From Eledone cirrhosa (taxonomy: Eukaryota): DNA of 64,000 bases. Under the pieces are notes generated by a model. It saw nothing but the letters and a program-made list of their open reading frames with translations. It was not told the DNA's origin and ran no database searches. The DNA is taken from contig CAXHJY010000096.1 in NCBI GenBank assembly GCA_964016885.1, positions 1,736,001-1,800,000 on the forward strand, in the 5' to 3' direction. Both the position numbers and the translations under genes were made by a program. Of this stretch, positions 61,236 to 64,000 are shown in pieces; within the stretch, counting starts at the first letter, position 1; the number at the start of each line of letters is the position of its first letter.

Positions 61236-64000
61236 TCGTAAAAAAAAATCAGGGGGAGATAATTTGTAAAAAAAAATCAGGGGGAGATAATTTGTAAAAA
61301 AAATCAAGGGGAGATAATTTCCAGCCGTCCAAGGGGAGGTAATATCTAGCCGTCCAAGGGGAGATAATTTCCAGCCGTCCAAGGGGAGATAATTTCCAGC
61401 CGTCCAAGGGGAGATAATTTCCAGCCGTCCAAGGAGACATATTTTCCAGCCGTCCAAGGCGAGGTAATTTCTAGCCGTCCAAGGGGAGATAAATTCCAGC
61501 CTCCAAGGGGAGATAATTTCCAGCCAGCCAAGGGGAGATAATTTGTAAAAAAATCAGGGGGAGATAATTTGTAAAAAATATCAGGGAGATAATTTGTAAA
61601 AAAAAATCAGGGGGAGATAATTTGTAAAAAAAATCAGGGGGAGATAATTTGTAAAAAAAAATCAGGGGGAGATAATTTGTAAAAAAAATCAAGGGGAGAT
61701 AATTTCCAGCCGTCCAAGGGGAGATAATTTTCAGCCGTCCAAAGAGAGGTAATTTCTAACCGTCCGAGGAGAGATAATTTCCAGCCGTCCAAGGGGAGAT
61801 AATTTCCAGCCGTCCAAGGGGAGATAATTTCCAGCCGTCCAAGGAGACATATTTTCCAGCCGTCCAAGGAGAGGTAATTTCTAGCCGTCCAAGGGGAGAT
61901 AAATTCCAGCCTCCAAGGGGAGATAATTTCCAGCCAGCCAAATGGAGATAATTTGTAAAAAAATCAGGGGGAGATAATTTGCAAAAAAAATCAGGGGGAG
62001 ATAATTTGTAAAAAATAATCAGGGGGAGATAATTTCCAGCCGTCCAAGGGGAGATAATTTAAAAAAAAATCAGGCGGAGATAATTTGTAAAAAAAAATCA
62101 GGGGGAGATAATTTGTAAAAAAAAATCAGGGGGAGATAATTTGTAAAAAAAATCAAGGGGAGATAATTTCCAGCCGTCCAAGGGAAGATAATTTCCAGCC
62201 CTCCAAGGGGCTATAATTTCCAGTGTCCAAGGGGAGATAATTTCCAGCCAGCGAAGGGGAGATAATTTTTTTTAAAAAATCATTGGGAGATTTGTAAAAA
62301 AAATCAGGGGGAGATAATTTGTAAAAAAAATCAAGGGGAGATAATTTCCAGCCGTCCAAGGGGAGGTAATATCTAGCCGTCCAAGGGGAGATAATTTCCA
62401 GCCGTCCAAGGGGAGATAATTTCCAGCCGTCCCAGGGTAGATAATATCCAGCCGCCCAAGGACATATTTTCCAGCCATCCAAGGAGAGGTAATTTCTAGC
62501 CGTCCAAGGGGAGATAAATTCCAGCCTCCAAGGGGAGATAATTTCCAGCCAGCCAAGGGGAGATAATTTGTAAAAAAATCAGGGGGAGATAATTTGTAAA
62601 AAAAATCAGGGGGAGATAATTTGTAAAAAAAAATCAGGGGGAGATAATTTGTAAAAAAAAATCAGGGGGAGATAATTTGCAAAAAAAATCAGGGGGAGAT
62701 AATTTATAAAAAAAAATCAGGGGTAGATAATTTGTAAAAAAAAATCAGGGGGAGATAATTTGTAAAAAAAAATCAGGGGGAGATAATTTGTAAAAAAAAT
62801 CAAGGGGAGATAATTTCCAGCCGTCCAAGGAGAGATAATTTTAAAAAAAATCAGGCGGAGATAATTTGTAAAAAAAAATCAGGGGGAGATAATTTGTAAA
62901 AAAAATCAGGGGGAGATAATTTGTAAAAAAAAATCAGGGGTAGATAATTTGTAAAAAAAATCAGGGGGAGATAATTTGTAAAAAAAAATCAGGGGGAGAT
63001 AATTTGTAAAAAAAATCAAGGGGAGATAATTTCCAGCCGTCCAAGGAGAGATAATTTTAAAAAAAATCAGGCGGAGATAATTTGTAAAAAAAAATTAGGG
63101 GGAGATAATTTGTAAAAAAAAATCAGGGGGAGATAATTTGTAAAAAAAATCAAGGGGAGATAATTTCCAGCCGTCCAAGGGGAGATAATTTTTAGCCGTC
63201 CAAGGGGAGATAATTTCCCGCCAGCCAAGGGAAGATAATATTCAAAAAAATCAGGCGGAGATAATTTGTAAAAAAAATCAGGGGGAGATAATTTGTAAAA
63301 AAATCAGGGGGAGATAATTTGTAAAAAAAAAAATCAGGGGGAGATAATTTGTAAAAAAAATCAGGGGGAGATAATTTGTAAAAAAAAATCAGGGGTAGAT
63401 AATTTGTAAAAAAAAATCAGGGGGAGATAATTTGTAAAAAAAAATCAGGGGGAGATAATTTGTAAAAAAAATGAAAGGGGAGATAATATCCAGCCGTCCA
63501 AGGGGAGATAATTTCCAGCCGTCCAAGGGGAGATAATTTCCAGCCGTCCAAGGGGAGATAATTTCCATCCTTCCAAGGGGATATAATTTCCAGCCGTCCA
63601 AGGGGAGATAATTTCCATCCTTCCAAGGGGATATAATTTCCAGCCGTCCAAGGGGAGATAATTTTCAGCCGTCCAAGGAGAGGTAATTTCTAGCCGTCCA
63701 AGGAGAGATAATTTCCAGCCGTCCAAGGGGAGATAATTTCCAGCCGTCCAAGGGGAGATAATTTCCAGCCGTCCAAGGAGACATATTTTCCAGCCGTCCA
63801 AGGAGAGGTAATTCCTAGCCGTCCAAGGGGAGATAAATTCCAGCCTCCAAGGGGAGATAATTTCCAGCCAGCCAAGGGGAGATAATTTGTAAATAAAATC
63901 AGGGGGAGATAATTTGTAAAAAAAATCAGGGGGAGATAATTTGTAAAAAAAAATCAGGGGGAGATAATTTGTAAAAAATAATCAGGGGGAGATAATTTGT
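60500..64000 (+). repeat. Copy of about 50400-53900 (offset 10099)
   Basis: 51122/61221, 51535/61634, 52054/62153 and 53290/63389. Both share the variant AATTTATAAAA near 52605 and 62704. Confidence 0.9.

Larger units (their letters stand above)
1..64000 (+). repeat. Composite two-monomer satellite array (25-bp A and about 26-29-bp B monomers, shared core CA(A/G)GGGGAGATAATTT), head-to-tail, extending beyond both window ends
   Basis: Every line consists of CCAGCCGTCCAAGGGGAGATAATTT or GT(A)nTCAGGGGGAGATAATTT and their point variants. I saw no unique sequence and no inversion. Roughly 2,400 monomers, estimated as 64000/26, not counted. Confidence 0.99.

Noticed and set aside
376-63875. Numerous minus-strand ORFs of 61-166 aa (PLDGWKLSPLGRLEIISPWTAGNY and FFYKLSPPD repeats)
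   Set aside because: The reverse complement of monomer A has no stop codon in any frame and B has only one TGA, so ORFs arise automatically. They overlap in all three frames, mostly start at TTG-type codons, and are frameshifted by A-tract length changes.
1-64000. CRISPR-like repeat-spacer layout
   Set aside because: The 'spacers' are only about 9-13 nt, come in two recurring types and are not unique. There are no cas genes or leader.
1-64000. Whole window as a sequencing or synthetic artefact
   Set aside because: Hierarchically shared variants and private substitutions are consistent with real evolutionary history. Individual duplications still need read-level confirmation.

Overview
The whole 64 kb window is one uninterrupted, single-orientation satellite DNA array. 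I see no genes, RNA genes, transposon insertions or CRISPR array. It is built from two related short monomers sharing the core CA(A/G)GGGGAGATAATTT: monomer A (25 bp, CCAGCCGTCCAAGGGGAGATAATTT) and monomer B (mostly 26-29 bp, GT-A7..10-TCAGGGGGAGATAATTT). Runs of A (1 to about 16) alternate with runs of B (1 to about 9). Stereotyped junction monomers and fixed-order variant 'phrases' link the runs. Above this lies a nested set of near-identical higher-order duplications with offsets of about 498, 744, 3125, 3232-3307, 7624, 10099, 11402-11430 and 43551-43718 bp, read from recurring ORF-track coordinates and spot-checked in the sequence. All listed ORFs are artefacts of translating the repeat's nearly stop-free minus strand. 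The source is probably eukaryotic heterochromatin (centromeric, pericentromeric or subtelomeric), but organism and function cannot be established from this window. Segment boundaries are approximate because they fall inside repeats.
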